The position numbers and the translations under genes were made by a program. The notes below the pieces were generated by a model. The model was not told where the DNA came from. It was given only the letters and a program-made list of their open reading frames with translations, and ran no database searches. From Lama glama (lineage: Eukaryota), in contig CM052816.1 of the NCBI GenBank assembly GCA_028534125.1, positions 34,660,001 through 34,724,000 of the forward strand: a stretch of 64,000 nt of DNA. Direction: 5' to 3'. Positions 38,065 through 51,760 of this stretch are shown piece by piece; position 1 is the stretch's first letter; every line of letters begins with the position of its first letter.

Positions 38065-38215
38065 CTGAGACATGAATGTTCATGTACATCACCTGAGGGC
38101 CTCATTAAAATGCAGACTCAGAGTCAGTTATTTTGAGTGAGGCCTGGGATTCTTCATTTTGAACAAGGTGTATCCAGTGCTGCATGCCTGTGGATCACAT
38201 TTTGTGTTGCCACAG
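38065..38215. mobile_element. MER5A-like hAT MITE
   Basis: ATCACCTGAGGGCCTCATTAAAATGCAGACTC...GAGGCCTGGGATTCTTCATTTTGAACAAG. Confidence 0.6.
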
Positions 38216-38772
38216 TCAGTATGACCTCATTTAAAGGAGAGAAAAATCTGACCCAAACTGGACTTAGAAACAGATTTCCACAGCTACTAGGACCATTGTG
38301 TTGGAACATTTATTAGACTTCTACTTTGTGCAATAGGGGTGCAAGAGGAGGTGCCCCAGTTCTGTCCATCCTCGTGGAGCTTGCAGGGACGCAGGGAGCC
38401 AGGGCAGAGAAGGGGAGAACTTATGCAGAGCTCACAGCTGGAGCTGGAATTCACACTTCCTCAGGTCCAGTCCACCATCCTGCCTAGCCTTACAGACTCC
38501 TGCCTTCTGACTGTTTTTTAGTCCACTACTCCTTCAAAAGCATGTTACATATACGATGCTTCTCACAGTGTTGTGCAAAACAAGTGCATGTTGGATGCAA
38601 ATATAAAATGGTAGCAGAAAATGCAGGAAGATGGTTAAGCACTCAGTAGGCTTAGGAGTTAAACAGATCTGGTTTCAAATCTGCTTGCGTCACTTACTAG
38701 TGAACCTGGGCAGGTTAATTACCCTCTCTAAATCAGATTCCTCTTCTGAAAATGTCAGTAATAACACCTACT

Positions 38773-38977
38773 GATTTCAAAATTGTAGAATAGATAAAAA
38801 AGATTAGACTGTATAGCACAGGGAAATATACACAAAATCTTATGGTAGCTCACAGAGAAAAAAATGTGACTATGAATATATATATGTTCATGTATGACTG
38901 AAAAATTGTGCTGAACACTGGAATTTGACACAACATTGTAAAATGATTATAAATCAACAAAAAATGTTTAAAAAGAA
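38773..38977 (+). mobile_element. 5'-truncated L1 3'UTR copy inserted in a MIR
   Basis: Homologous to the 3'UTR of the L1 at 19.7-19.9 kb (ACTGTATAGCACAGGGAAATATA...AATTTGACACAACATTGTAAA). 14-bp TSD TAATAACACCTACT at 38759-38772 and 38978-38991. Confidence 0.92.
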
Positions 38978-39558
38978 TAATAACACCTACTTGACAAAAC
39001 TGTGTGAGAGAAAGTAATCTAATGTAGGAAAAGAGTTTAGCAGAGTACTTGGTGCATACACAGTGCTCAGTACCTGGAAATCCTAATATTTATTATTATT
39101 GTTGTTAATAAATGTGCTTAAATTTTACTTGGAAAGATATAGACTGAATAATTAAGAAAAATTCTTTTCAATTAGGATATTGTGAATAAACTAGAGATTT
39201 CTTAGAATAAAACGCAGGATGGTTTATTCCTGATGACTTAATTATAGTCTTGCCTAAGGACCATGCCCTGAAAAGGCTTTCTACCACACAATTCTATATT
39301 TTCTCAGCTAAATAAAAACAATGATTATAATACTGACCTACTTAAAAAATTTTGTAAAGAATGCCAAAATCGAGTGTCTTAAATAGTTTGAAAAATGCAA
39401 AGCAACATATACATTCTAACTAATAATTATCTTTTCCTCTGAGGTCTAATCCAAAACTACTTTGGTAAGTCAGTGACTGAACAGTCTTTATCAGGCATTT
39501 GTCAATCGATTGGTACAGTGGAAATGCCCCCAAATAGTGTAGGAATACATTTTGGGGA

Positions 39559-39572
39559 GTTTCCATGGCAAC
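39559..39572. promoter_or_regulatory. RFX X-box motif
   Basis: GTTTCCATGGCAAC matches the consensus GTTNCCATGGNAAC. This is a motif match only; function is not shown. Confidence 0.4.
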
Positions 39573-42329
39573 CTACAGACTGCTTTAGAATACCTTAAGT
39601 CTGCAAGACTCAGTTCTGTTACAGTCAAAATAATCAATCATAATATTAGACCAACTTGAAGTATATAATTCAAGCCAACTTCCATTTTTATTGAGTACAT
39701 CATACTTAAACAATAATTTTTTCTTCATAGTATGCCTTTCACTTTATGTGAAAACACAAATAACTTGCTCCATTTGGTAATGTCCCACCATTTATACCTA
39801 ACCACATCTTATAGATAAATATTTCTCTTTTAAAAGTCTCTTTTCCTTGAAAATATTTCCTAGATGATACTTGCCAGATCAAAATTTTAGAATACTTCTT
39901 TTAAATTTCTCTGTGTATTTTTTATGCAAGACCAAATGAAAACCTGGCTTTAGTGTTATAACTTGTTGCAAGAAACGGTGGATGATCATTTGATGAAAGT
40001 TGCATAATGTTTTCTTTGAACACGATTTCCAGTTAACCTGATTGATAATTTCTACTCAGAAACCTAGTTATATAGAGAGAAATCCAGGACAATAAAATCA
40101 TTAACATATTAACAATGCATTTTCCTAGCTGAGAGGAAGGTACAATTAAGTTGTTCTGATTAATCACATGACAAAAGGAAGGTTATACAGCATAATGAGT
40201 ACTGACAGTCTGAGCCCTCAAATAAAAAGGAACAATTACATTCAAACCACTATTTAACTTCCAGGAAAATCTTTCCATCATTCAGTGAATTATGCCTTTA
40301 GAACACATCTCAGTTGCATATCTCAGCCCACCTTGGATAAACACTAAATCCTTTGTGGGCAGCTTTAAGTATATTTGCCTACAGTTTGTGTATCACTTCA
40401 GACTCCTTCCCCTCTCCCCATGGAAGGTCCATAAATGATAGTTGAGAGATTTTCTTTCCTCCTTTTCTTACCCATTAGGAAAAAAAGACTTCCTAAGCTT
40501 GAGAACTATGAGAATTTTCCTGGTATTATATAACAAGATGAAAAAAAAATTTGTCAGAATTCCAGAAAAAAATGTTTTTCCAAGGCAGTTGAGGCAAGAA
40601 AGTAGACAGTATTTTGGTATCACTGGTCTGCTGAGTTAAGTAGAAAAGAACTAAACGGTGTAGCTAGAGAATTGAAGGAAAGGCTTCAGAAAGGAAAGGA
40701 ACAAAAGCACCTAATATGCATTTTCTTGGGGGTGCCAATATTTCGCTTCTGTTTGATTTGAGATGTATTCATCTTGGCATTTAGAAAACAAAGGTTGAAT
40801 AGTTTTATTGGCTATACAAAATGAAAAATATTCTGGTTGGTCACTAGAACAATGACAAGATCTTTTGAAACTCTTAAGCACTATTTTTAGTGGCCTAGTA
40901 CCCAGGTTCTCAGTCATGAAACATCCGCCAGTGTTTACCAAGGCAGAGGTTTTTCCAGAGCTAAGACCCATTAAGTCATGCCTGATTATAACAAATTGTT
41001 CTCTTTGTTTAAAAAAAATTCTTTTTAAAGCATGTTAACCATATCTTCATATGAAATGTGCAGTTGTATGTAAAAGTTATTTCATATTTTCAAAAACACT
41101 GAAACTTTTTGGACACTGTCGTCATAAAACATATACTATCTCTGTATTGGAGCTGTGATCTAGCAAGGAAGACAGTACTATCTGATGAGTTTTTGCAAGC
41201 CCAAGTGAATTGTTCATAGAGGCAGCAAGATTTGGAAAAGGAAATGCTCTACCTCTTCTTATTCTAAATCTATTCCACGTAGTTGCCTCCAACTAGATTC
41301 ATGGTCTAGCAGGGAAGAAAAATCTTTGTCCAGAGTTGGACCAATTTATGAGCTGCAGCTAACAGCCTAATAATTTGGCGCTCCTTCAAATCTATATTTC
41401 TTAAGTATTATCTTAATATTTATTTGAAGGTGATTGGGGGGAAGGTGGAAAAGGAGGGGCTGGGAGCAGCCTCAGTCCTTCCTCAGTTTTTCAGTTGGCA
41501 ATTCAGTCCCAGCCCAAACTTGCATATCTCACTCAGCAAAAGGACACCCACCTTGCCTTAAAGTCAGTTGCTCACCATCTACTGTTATTCGAGTATACCC
41601 TTGGATACAGCCTCCATTAAAAAAGTAGAATAAGATGCAAAGAGAAAACAATGGTATTCTTTTCCTCAAGTTTTCTTAAACCTTTCTGTGGGCCAGTTCT
41701 TTCCCTGTCAATGGATGAAATCTTGGCTTTTATGTTCACTTGTAGATAATACTTTAAAAGTCCTCCAGGAACTTCTAGTCAAAGCACAATATCAGTAATT
41801 AAAATGTTCATTCCAACATAGCAGTAAAAATTGCAAACTTCAATCAAATAGAAAGCTTCTCTCATCCTCTGTATTGGGCCACTTCCAGCTGAAAGCCTGT
41901 AGTGGTGAAATGGATGCATGATCAGCCTCTTTATTCTCTGACTTGCACTTGTTTTAAAGCACTCCACTTCCGTTAGCCTGACTCTGATTTCTGCTCGGGG
42001 GTGGGGTTAGACAGGGATGTTACGCAGTAGGAGAGGTCTGTCTCAGTGGTGCTCTTGTGATAAGGTATTGGGTCCTGTCTGGGCTTGGTGCACACTCAAG
42101 GCTAACTTTTCTGTATTAGAGTCTCCTGAATGTTTTTCTGATATTTACTAACTAGAAATATCCAAATATAATTTGGAGATGAATGTCTTTTCACTGGCAT
42201 CCATGATTCCTGCCCCAGCCTCTGGTCATTTGTAAGTGGGTGATCCCCACTGTTAGAGATCCCATCCATTCTCCAGGTTATCTTTTCAGAAAAAATCCAA
42301 AGCACTTCACAAAGCAGCCTTAGTTTATC

Positions 42330-43097
42330 TGTTGTACCAAGGCAGACTTGAGAGACAGCTTTACCTCAGCACCCTAAGAGTCTTGTTCTCCACATAGGCC
42401 ACAGAGTCTTAGCCAAGTCTTGGCTGAACACCCTGTGACTCCCAGAACAAGGGGAGATAAGCAGCCTTGTGAAGAGCTGCCCATCACAGTTTCTTATCTG
42501 CCTTACTATCTTGTGAGAAACTTCCATGAGACCATTTCTCATCCATCTCCCTGATTTCAGCTAAGCACAGGGCTTTCCACCCACTTCTCCCTCCCTCCTT
42601 AGGATACAGATGAGAGTTTCTGTGTAAGTCTATAAAACTGCTTGGCTATAGTTCAGAGTTGACTCCTCAAGTGCCTCTTTTTTTTTTTAATGATTTTTTC
42701 TCTCTTTTTTCTTTATGGGGGTTAGGTAATTGGGTTTATTTATTTATATTTGGAGGAGGTGCTGGGGATTGAACCCAGGACCTCGTACATGCTAAGCATG
42801 CACTCTACCACTGAGCTATACACTTCCCCCCCAGAGCTGACTCCTCAACATCAGATTGGCCACTGCCCACACCATGCTTTGTATTTGGTATCACTTCTGC
42901 CCCAGTCCTGTGGGAGAGACATGGAGAACTGACACCATGGTGACTTTGAGTCTGCTGTGTAATAAGAATCTACCTGAATCCACTGTCACTTTACCAGCCA
43001 AATCTCTGGAAGTGTGGCAAGCCAACCCAGTGGTTTCGGTAGTGACCCTTATGACTCTTCCCTTCCTGCTACTGCTCGGAGATGTAACCACTTGACA
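42330..43097 (+). mobile_element. Solo LTR (ERVL-class, LTR40/LTR50-like), interrupted by a SINE
   Basis: TGT...ACA ends, TATAAAA at 42631, and an AATAAG poly(A)-like signal at 42961. Confidence 0.6.
42678..42831 (-). mobile_element. tRNA-Ala-derived SINE (camelid Vic-1-like)
   Basis: Minus strand GGGGGAAGTGTATAGCTCAGTGGTAGAGTGCATGCTTAGCATGTACGAGGTCCTGGGTTCAATCCCCAGCACCTCC shows an A box, AGC anticodon remnant and B box, then an A-rich tail. TSD CAGAG(T/C)TGACTCCTCAA at 42654-42670 and 42832-42848. Confidence 0.92.
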
Positions 43098-44092
43098 GCA
43101 GCAAACCAGATAGTCTCTTATCTTTATACTTTTCCAGTCTCTTTTCCCTACGAACTTTAGGGACATAACAAACTTTTTACATTGTTTCCCTAAAGTAGAG
43201 GAGTGGCACACCCTACCACTCCAACATTTCTGAAGATGGGATACCATTGTTACTCCAACAACTTTCTCCCCAAAGTACTCCTTTTCCCAGCCTCTTCAAC
43301 CCAGACCTGTTTATATCCTTCAATGCTTGCCTAAGTCTGCAAAATTGGTCTACTTTCTTTGCATGCTGCTTTAGCACTTTATTTTGGAATGTGTGCACAA
43401 CTTGACACCTATAACCTATTGTTTTATTCTCAGCTTTTGAAATCTCAGTTTAAATGAAGACAGAAAGAATTCTAAGCAAATTTTCTTTGGCATTAACATC
43501 AACCCTACGTAAGATATTCAAATTATTCTTTTTAGTACCAGAATAATCTTCCTGAAAGAAATTCCACTTAAAAATGAAATCATGTTTACCCCTTTTATTA
43601 CATTATTTCTGATGCTTAACCACCCTTTCCAGATGGCAACTCTTAGTAATGTCCTAACTGACCACCATTTAATTTGGCTCTGATGCCAACCATTGAAAAG
43701 GTTAAATTCCAGGAGCCATGTTTGTTCTAGGCCATCAAGCAGGCAGATTTAATTTAGAGAATGTTTAATGTCAAATGTTTACTTTTCAGTTACCTGTGAA
43801 GGCAAGAGTTAACTTCTGGGCACATTAATTTCAATCACAAAGTTGTTGAATTTATAACCCTCTTGCTTGCCTTAATTAAATAACAGCAAACCCCAGAAAT
43901 TGCACAAGCTTTTTAAAAGCTTGAAGCCCTGGGAGCTTTCATATACCTTATTTGTCTCCAGCTAAATACGGCTGCACCAAAGCCTCTGAAGTATGACTGT
44001 CCCTGGGAAAACACTGTGAAATAGCTCGTTTGATATCAGCACTTCTAGTCCCCCACTTTGTTGCCTTCTCTCCCCTCCGGAACACCTAATAC

Positions 44093-44646
44093 CTTTTTTT
44101 AAATTGATGTACAGTTGACATACAACATTATATTAGTTTCAAGTGTACAATATAATGATTACATGTATGTGTATATATATATATAGCTGAATGATCACCA
44201 CAATAAGTTTAGTTACCATCCATCACCATATAAAATTACAAAAAAATGTTTTTCTTGAGATGAGAACTTTTATGATTTACTCTCTTAGCAACTTACAAAT
44301 ATGCAATGCAGTATTATTGACTATAGTCAACAGGCTGTACCTTACATCCTCGTGATTTATTTATTTTATAACTGGAAGTTTGTACCTCTTAACCCCCTTG
44401 ACCTATTTTGCCTACTCTCCAGCCACCACAACCCCAGTCCCCTGACAACCACCATCCTGTTTTCTCTGAGTTTTGTTTTGTTTGTTCATTTGTTTTGTTT
44501 TTTACATCTCACGTGTAAGTGAGATCATGTGATGTTTGTCTTTGTCTGACTTGTTTCACTTAGCATAATACCCTCGAGGTGCATTCATGTTGTTGTAAAT
44601 GACAAGATTTCATTCTCTTTTGCAGCTGAGTAATATTCCATTATAC

Positions 44647-44684
<38 letters not shown>

Positions 44685-45150
44685 CTGTGCATGTGTGTGT
44701 GTGTGTTTATCTGTGTGTGTGTGTGTGTATATATATCATATCTTATTTACCCATTCATCCACTTACTGATATTTAGGTTGTTTTCATATCTTGACTTTTA
44801 TAAATAATGCTGCATTGAACATAGGGTTGCATATATCTTTTTGAATTAGTGTTTTCATTTTCTTTGGATAAATACCCAGAAGTGGGAAATGCTGAATTAT
44901 ATGGTAGTTCACTTTTTAATCTTTTGAGGAAACTTCATATTGTTTTCCACAGTAGCTGCAGCAATTTGCATTCCCACTAATAGTATACAAGGGTTCCCTT
45001 TTCTCCACATCCTTGACAACACTTGCCTGTTGTCTTTTTTGATAATAGCCATTCTGACAGACGTGAGGTGATATCTCATGTGATTTTGATTTAACATTTT
45101 CCTTATTATAGTGATGTTGACCAACTTTTCATGAGCCAATTGGCTATTTG
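44093..45150 (-). mobile_element. 5'-truncated L1 (L1MA/L1MB-like ORF2 end + 3'UTR)
   Basis: ORF 44909..45139 contains the ORF2 motif MRYHLTSVRMAIIKK. Typical 3'UTR and T-run at 44094-44100. Degenerate TSD ACCTAAT on both sides. Confidence 0.9.
44650..44728. repeat. Compound (TG)n microsatellite inside L1
   Basis: Long TG run with TATC/CA interruptions. Confidence 0.95.
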
Positions 45151-45789
45151 TACCTAATGCTCTTATAGTTTCACTAAGACTTACACTCTCAAGGCTGAGC
45201 TCTGGCTCAGAACCACATACTCTCCCTCTTTGCTACTAAAACTCACCTATTTTGTTCCTCATTTGTTCTGACAAGTACTTGTCTTGAGCTTATAAAAAGG
45301 GCTCTGGCCTTCCTTGCTTAGTTTTTTCTCTTCTCCTACCCAACTGGGAAATTCTTGCTTCATCATATAGATTCTTTTGAATTTTTACAAGAATATAGGG
45401 AAAGAGGAGGAGGAGTGAGACAGGAGATAGTGAATTAATGAATTTATCCTAAGATGGTATATAGCCCCTAATAACAATGTGTTATTCAGTCCCAGTGTAT
45501 TAAAAGAAATTAGACCCTAATGGTAAAATTTTCAAACATTGCAGGAAAGTAGAAGTGCAACCTGAGGCCATGAACCTTGATATTAAACCAAGAAAAGTGT
45601 ATTTGTATCAAACTTTTGCCTCCATTTAAAAATCTGACTTTGCTGAAAAGTTTTCTCAAAAACTTTTCTGTAAACCTTTCAACTTATTGGACAAAATGTA
45701 CATTTGGTTATAGTATTACTCTTATAATAAAAATAGACACTGATTGCTGAGCACTTCTGAATTAGCAGTTAGTACACCAGGTATTTAAC

Positions 45790-46275
45790 ACACATTAGCT
45801 TTAGCAAACTGGTAGTCGGCTTCTCGTGTATTCTCTCCTTCTTCAATAGTAATGAATTTTCAAAGAAGCGTATGGTCCACCTTGAGACTATTTTTCAGCC
45901 TACTTTAGAGGTAGGAGGCCATATGACTAAGTTCTTTTCATAAGAATGTGGGCAGTGACATGTGCAGTTTCTGTATCACTTAAATAAATACAACATCTCG
46001 TCCTGGATGACAGTCTCTCTTGCCCCTTTTCTACCGGATGGCATACAGATGTGTTCATAAACTAGCTTGGCCACTCATATAGAACAAGAACGAAGGGAAT
46101 GCAGAAGTAACACAATGAAAAGTACCTGAGCTCCTGACTCTCTGTGTAGAACAGAAATATCTAGTTACTCTGGACCAACTCAACTTTTAACAGAGACAGA
46201 AATAAACTATCTTGTTTCAACTGCTGTAAGTTTTTATCTCACTCTAATAGCACTTTAGCCTATGTTCTAAGTAAT
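45790..46275 (+). mobile_element. MLT1 (MaLR) LTR inside a MIR
   Basis: GGCCATATGACTAAGTTC and AGAAATAAACTATCTTGTTT motifs. Confidence 0.7.
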
Positions 46276-46699
46276 ATCTAAACATTATTCTGCTTAAACA
46301 TAATAAATCCCATGAAGTCTGAATTATTATCTCTATTTTATAATGAAGAAATTAAAACGAAAAGGTTAAGTGAAAAGTATAAAGTATAAGATAATACAGT
46401 AAAGCAGTGGCTATACTGGCATTTAAGTTTATATTTGGCTCCAAATTCAGGTGCTTTCCCACTCTGCTATATTGTTTCTATATTTCTAAATTAATTTATA
46501 TATATAACATGACCCAATGTGTTTTTCTTAAAAGAAGTCATGATTATTTTTAAGGTATTCTAGATTTTTATGCCAGTAGATGTGTACAACACACATTAAT
46601 ATGAGAAAAGAACTTATACACAAATACATCTCCACATTTTATGTAACAAATTTAATGCCATTATCCATTTGCGTGGTAGTGCTGTGAACCAATAATTAC

Positions 46700-48125
46700 C
46701 ATTTTTTTTAGTCTCAGAACTCCTTTATACTATAAACATCTCAAGGACCCCAGGAATCTTTTATTAGATGAATTATATCTTCTATTATTTATCGTATTTG
46801 AAAATAAAATTGAGACATTTTGAGAATGATTATTGATTAATTTGTTTTAAAAAATGATTAAACCCATTGCATGTTACCATAAATAACATTTTAATAAAAA
46901 TCAAAGTAAAATTAAAATGAGTGAGAGTAAGGACATTGTTTTACATTTTGTAAGTCTTTTTTAATGTGCAGTTTAATAGAAGACGTTGGATTCTCACATC
47001 TACTTCTGCATACACTGTTGCAATATGTTGCTTTAGTTAAAATATACAAGGAGAATCCAGCCTCACATAAATATACTATTGAAAAAGAAAGAAATATTTT
47101 AATAGCCTTTACACATTGCAGTGGATATTCTTCTTTGATAATACACCAAAACTCAACAATTAGTAGCTACTTAAAAGTGAGCTGCAAAGTGGCAACTGAA
47201 ACTGTATCAGTGAATCCTTGGTGGTCTGTAACATTAAAATCTACTGATCTGTCTTGTACTTTGATGGGATCTTTAACCCTCGTATGATTTTATAACAGTA
47301 TGCATCAATCATTTGGAAAATATTGGTTCACTGAGTTATGTAGATCTTCTGAATGTTGACACGTTTCATTATCCAATACAAAAAGTCACATTACTTAATA
47401 TCATTACCAATCTCATTATGAAAGTCTTTAAATACGTATTGGGAAGCTGTCAGACTTGTGGTTTAGGTAAAAGTTTTCCAAAACGTTAATTTTTATTTAG
47501 AAGCTTGGATTTTATCATTGACAACATATAGTATAAATTATTTTTCTTGAAGTGACAGATTCATTTTGTTCATTTTGAAGATCATGTCTGCCAAATACCC
47601 AAGTCTGAATAATGATGGTTTGTCAGTCATTCTCTCAAGTAAAAATGGAGCTCTGTGTAAAACATTGGCTGGTTCAGCTCACCACTCAATGACAGAAGTG
47701 CTTTTCCTTGAGACAGCATCACACTTCTGTATGCAGCATAAGCACTTTACAGATATACTTGCCATTTGTCACACAGAATATTAAAATGATGTATATGGAA
47801 GAATTAATATCTAATAAAATGATAGTTTTTACTACTTCATCAAGGACATTATTAAGTGAAAGTGGCATTTAAATTTTATTTTTATAATGTGGGTCCATGA
47901 TGGTGAGGAATGTACTGCCTCAGACAGCATGGTGCCCTGCTCTGATTCTCGCTAAACTGCCAGCAGTTTTACCCACCGTTGCTTTTGCACATCAGTAGAA
48001 ATTTCATCATGGTGAGAAAGTCAAACAGTGTCTTTGTGTTATTACAAAAAATACTGACTTCACAGAACCCATGAAAGGTTCTTGAGGACCCTTGGGGATC
48101 TGTGGACAGCCCTTGGAGAATCTCT
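46700..48125. mobile_element. Charlie1a-like hAT DNA transposon
   Basis: About 1.4 kb. Starts GTCTCAGAACTCCTTTATAC...GGACCCCAGGAATCTTTT and ends GACTTCACAGAACCC...TGTGGACAGCCCTTGGAGAATCTCTG, resembling Charlie1 termini. Confidence 0.8.
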
Positions 48126-48557
48126 GCTATAAACAAACACACGAACAACATTCAGCAGCCCAAGGAATCTCCAAATGAGTAAAATCCTTTGTGTTTGTCA
48201 AGCACTGTGAAATAAACATATAATTCACTAAGTGCTTCTAAAAGTCATTTTCCCCTTCTGTCCAAAGCTCTCATATTGCAGCTACTTTTTGAGCCTTTCT
48301 CTCCAACCCCTCTAAAAAGCTCCCTCCCTAGTTACTGCCCGTGATCCTTTAATCCTTCTCTATCTACCTCTTACCTACTTAGTCTCATCTTAAAGACTCA
48401 AAATAACTGGTTCAGAAACGTGAGGAAAAAGAAGAAACATCATGGGAAAACTATAATGCTCTACTTATTGGAAAGGCAATTGGAAAAAGTTGAATGTTCA
48501 TATATTAATTTTTGTTGCTATAGATTAAATATTTTTGAGAAGCTGATGGTTATATAC

Positions 48558-49040
48558 TGTGTAAAATATTGACTGTTTATACTCAGTATGATCTCGACGC
48601 ATTGAAACTCTTCCCTATCTTATAGTGTCTGGAAGCCTAGAAATTACAATGCTTAAACTCCCTCACTGCCTCCTTTAGATTCTGCCAATAAAAGGTATGT
48701 TGCACAAAATTTGGAAGGCAGAAGAGAGAACAGCCAGTATTCTTCCACAGCAGTGGCTGGTAGATTTCTGGGTAGCTCATAGATGTGAAATTCCCTGACG
48801 CTTCTGGATAAGCTCTTGTGAATTACCTACGTTAGTACTGTAAGCAGCTGTAATCACCAGTCACTTCCTATCACTCCTGGATTTCCAGATTTCTTCAAAG
48901 CCAGCAGTATGTTTCCATGAACTTTAATTGCCTGGTCCTCCCAATAATTTTATAAGGTTGTAATTCCCTTTGTATTTAATCATCCCTTCCTGCTGTAAAC
49001 TAAAGAGGTAAGTGCTTTCCTGGCAAAACCTTGACTGATA
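48558..49040 (+). mobile_element. ERVL-class 5' LTR (LTR33-like)
   Basis: GATTCTGCCAAT...ATTTGGAAGGCAGAAG motif, ending CCTTGACTGATA. Followed by a tRNA-Leu-like PBS remnant TGGTTCCTGAAGTGG at 49051. Confidence 0.7.
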
Positions 49041-51760
49041 AAACAGTGTTTGGTTCCTGAAGTGGTTCCCGGATGCAGAAATTCAAAGACAGGAATCTGG
49101 GATTAGTTATGTGGCCTCTTTAGATTAGAAAGCAGTTAAGACTTCATTGCCAATGAAAAATGGGATACCGGTAGTCCATGGAAAGCAGTGGCAAAATAAT
49201 TATCTACAGTTTTCCGGGATGAAGAAACACCTTTGAGAAACTACTAACTATTACAATAGGATTTTTAGAGGAAATAAGGACTGTAAGGATTATGGTGTGG
49301 ACTGGTTGCTTTTAAATAAAAGGTTAACGTTTCAAATTCTCAGCTAAAGGCACAGTCAGAGAACCAGAGAGCTTCTAAGACTGCCCTAAAAATATCTTTT
49401 ATAGCCATATGGCTAATGTATAAATTTTGTCCTGTAAGTTGCACAATTATAACCCAAATGGAATTCATAGACTTGCCAGGTCTCTTATGTAAAAGTATGG
49501 ATATTGATTGAGAAAGAGCAAAAATTGGAATGAGGACATTGGGTGAATTTCAGTGACTGACAATCACTAACTTCTAAATCCTACTGAGCTGCCCTTCTTC
49601 CCTGTTTGAACTTAGCCTCCTCTAGCTTAAAGATTCTGAAAATTTACCTTTCACAGGACTACAGAACCTCTTCATGGACAACCTCCAATACTTACTGTCC
49701 CCAGACTTATAACTAGAGTCAGAGCTCCTCAGACCCTGCGAGGATATCAGAAACCTGGAAAAAATTACTGGGAATGGAATCTAATGGTTTTAGACAGGAG
49801 AAGGTAAAAAACATAACTTGGGGTATAGGCAAATTTGTTAGTATGGGTGCAGTTACCATAAAATCTAGATTTAATATTTAATTTGAGTGACTGGGAACAG
49901 CCCTATAAAGAGTTTGCTTGATTGGTTGACTTAAACTAGGACCCAACAGTGGTCTTCATTAAGTGAAGTAGATATAATAAGAAGAAATTCAAAGGATTCG
50001 GAAGATAAAATTGTTGGCATGGATCAGTCATATATAACTGGCTCATCCACTGCTTACCATGGCCCCATGGAGGGTCCAGAAGACACTCCCATCATGAAGG
50101 TATTGAAATGTTTATTAATAAGGGGAACACCAGCATCCTTGAAAATCTTAGTGGTGTCTGTGCCTTTTCAGATTAGGGATGAGAGTATAATGATAGCAAA
50201 GGGGCTACCAAGAGTTGTAGAGGCCAACTGACAGCACTTAGCCACCAGAGAGATAAGGTAGACAAAATTATTATACTGGACAACAGGTCAGAGTCCTAAT
50301 CTGAATGATTTTATCCATAAAGATCTTTTGCAGTGACTTTTGATCATTGTGTCTCTGGGACTGAAATGGATTGTCAGCCTAATAAAGTTCATTTGTAACA
50401 TTAAAAAAATTAAACCTAGTGGACAGATATCTGATTTATATAGCCACAGTAGAGAGTTGTGGACTCTCACCAGTCCTCCGATCTAAGCTCTTTAACAGGG
50501 TCCCTTAAAAGAAAGGGAGGCTGGGACCTCTTGAAAAAGGACCCAATGAGATTGTAACAATAATGTACTATAAAATTTCTTTCTCTCTTTCCCTGAAAGG
50601 AAATGCATTTGTTTATCAAGGTGATATATAATCCCTCTGGGGAAAGGAAAATACCCAGACATTTCCAGAATTTTGGACACTGGCTCTGAAATGACTCCCC
50701 ACATTTTAGATTCTACCAGTTATAGTGGGGACATAGGAATGACAGATAATAAATGGACTTTGGGCTTGAGTCCCTCTCCCAGAGGGCCCTGAGGATCTGT
50801 AAACCTAGCCTTGTAGTTATTTCTGCAATTTCCCAAAGTGTATTTGGCAACTGGTAGAACCCTCACTTCCTGACCCTTGAAATGAAGGCTATTATGATAG
50901 GAAGGGCCAAGAGGAAACCCCTGGAACTGTCCCATTTCTACCAAAGTAGTACATTAGTAATAATTCTACAACCCTGGAAAGGCTTGAAAGATAAGAGGTG
51001 GTGATTCCTATCATGTTCTGATAAATCTCCCTTATTTGTCTTGTGCAGAAAAAAGATGAATTTGGGGGAAAAACAGTGGATTATCATAAACTTAATCAGG
51101 TTGTGACACCAATTATAACTCCTGCCTCAAATGTGCTATCTTTTATGGAACAAATTAACACATCCTTTGGCATCAAGCAGGCCACTATTGATCTGACAAA
51201 TGCTTTTCTTCTCTGTACCAATTCATAAAGACCACTTCCTGCAAATGGAAATGCTGTATTAAGCCTCTGACAAATCCAGATAAGAGAATTACAGTGCTGC
51301 ATCCTTTGGGGTTTTAGAGCAAAATATGCTCACTTCAACAAATAATTCTTCTTTTGAGAAATAACTTGGAGTAAAACTGGAGCCAAGGAAAGACTGAATG
51401 ACAGAACATCAAGTAACCACACAGCCTCAGCTACCCGTCATGAACTGGAAGTTGTTGAATTCATGAGCCACAGACTTGGGCGTGGGCAGCAGCCCTCCAT
51501 AATCAAGTGCAAGTGGTGCAAACAAGGTCATGCTGCAGCTGGTGAGCTGTTGGCTCAGATTCTCATGGCACCTCCTCCTGCTGCTTTGTCACCTCCCCCT
51601 TGACCCATGCTTGGGGGAATTTCCTGTGATCTTTTGGCTGATAAAGACACAACTTGGGCCTGATTTTGAGATGATTTTGCACCATCCAAAAATGGAGTAG
51701 TGCTACATTTTAGCCTTATTCGGGGGTGGTCTTGAAAAGCGTAATGAAAATGATCTATGA
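49041..51760 (+). mobile_element. Class III ERV (ERVL) internal relic: gag, protease, partial RT and connection region
   Basis: Protease motif LDTGSE at 50673-50690. RT motifs TVDYHKLNQVVTPI...IDLTNAF in ORF 51043..51228. PLGF*SK near 51303. Many stops and frameshifts. Confidence 0.88.

Noticed and set aside
42750..42831. tRNA-Ala(AGC)-like sequence
   Set aside because: It is a SINE head: the acceptor stem is degenerate and it is followed by an A-rich tail and TSD, so it is not a tRNA gene.
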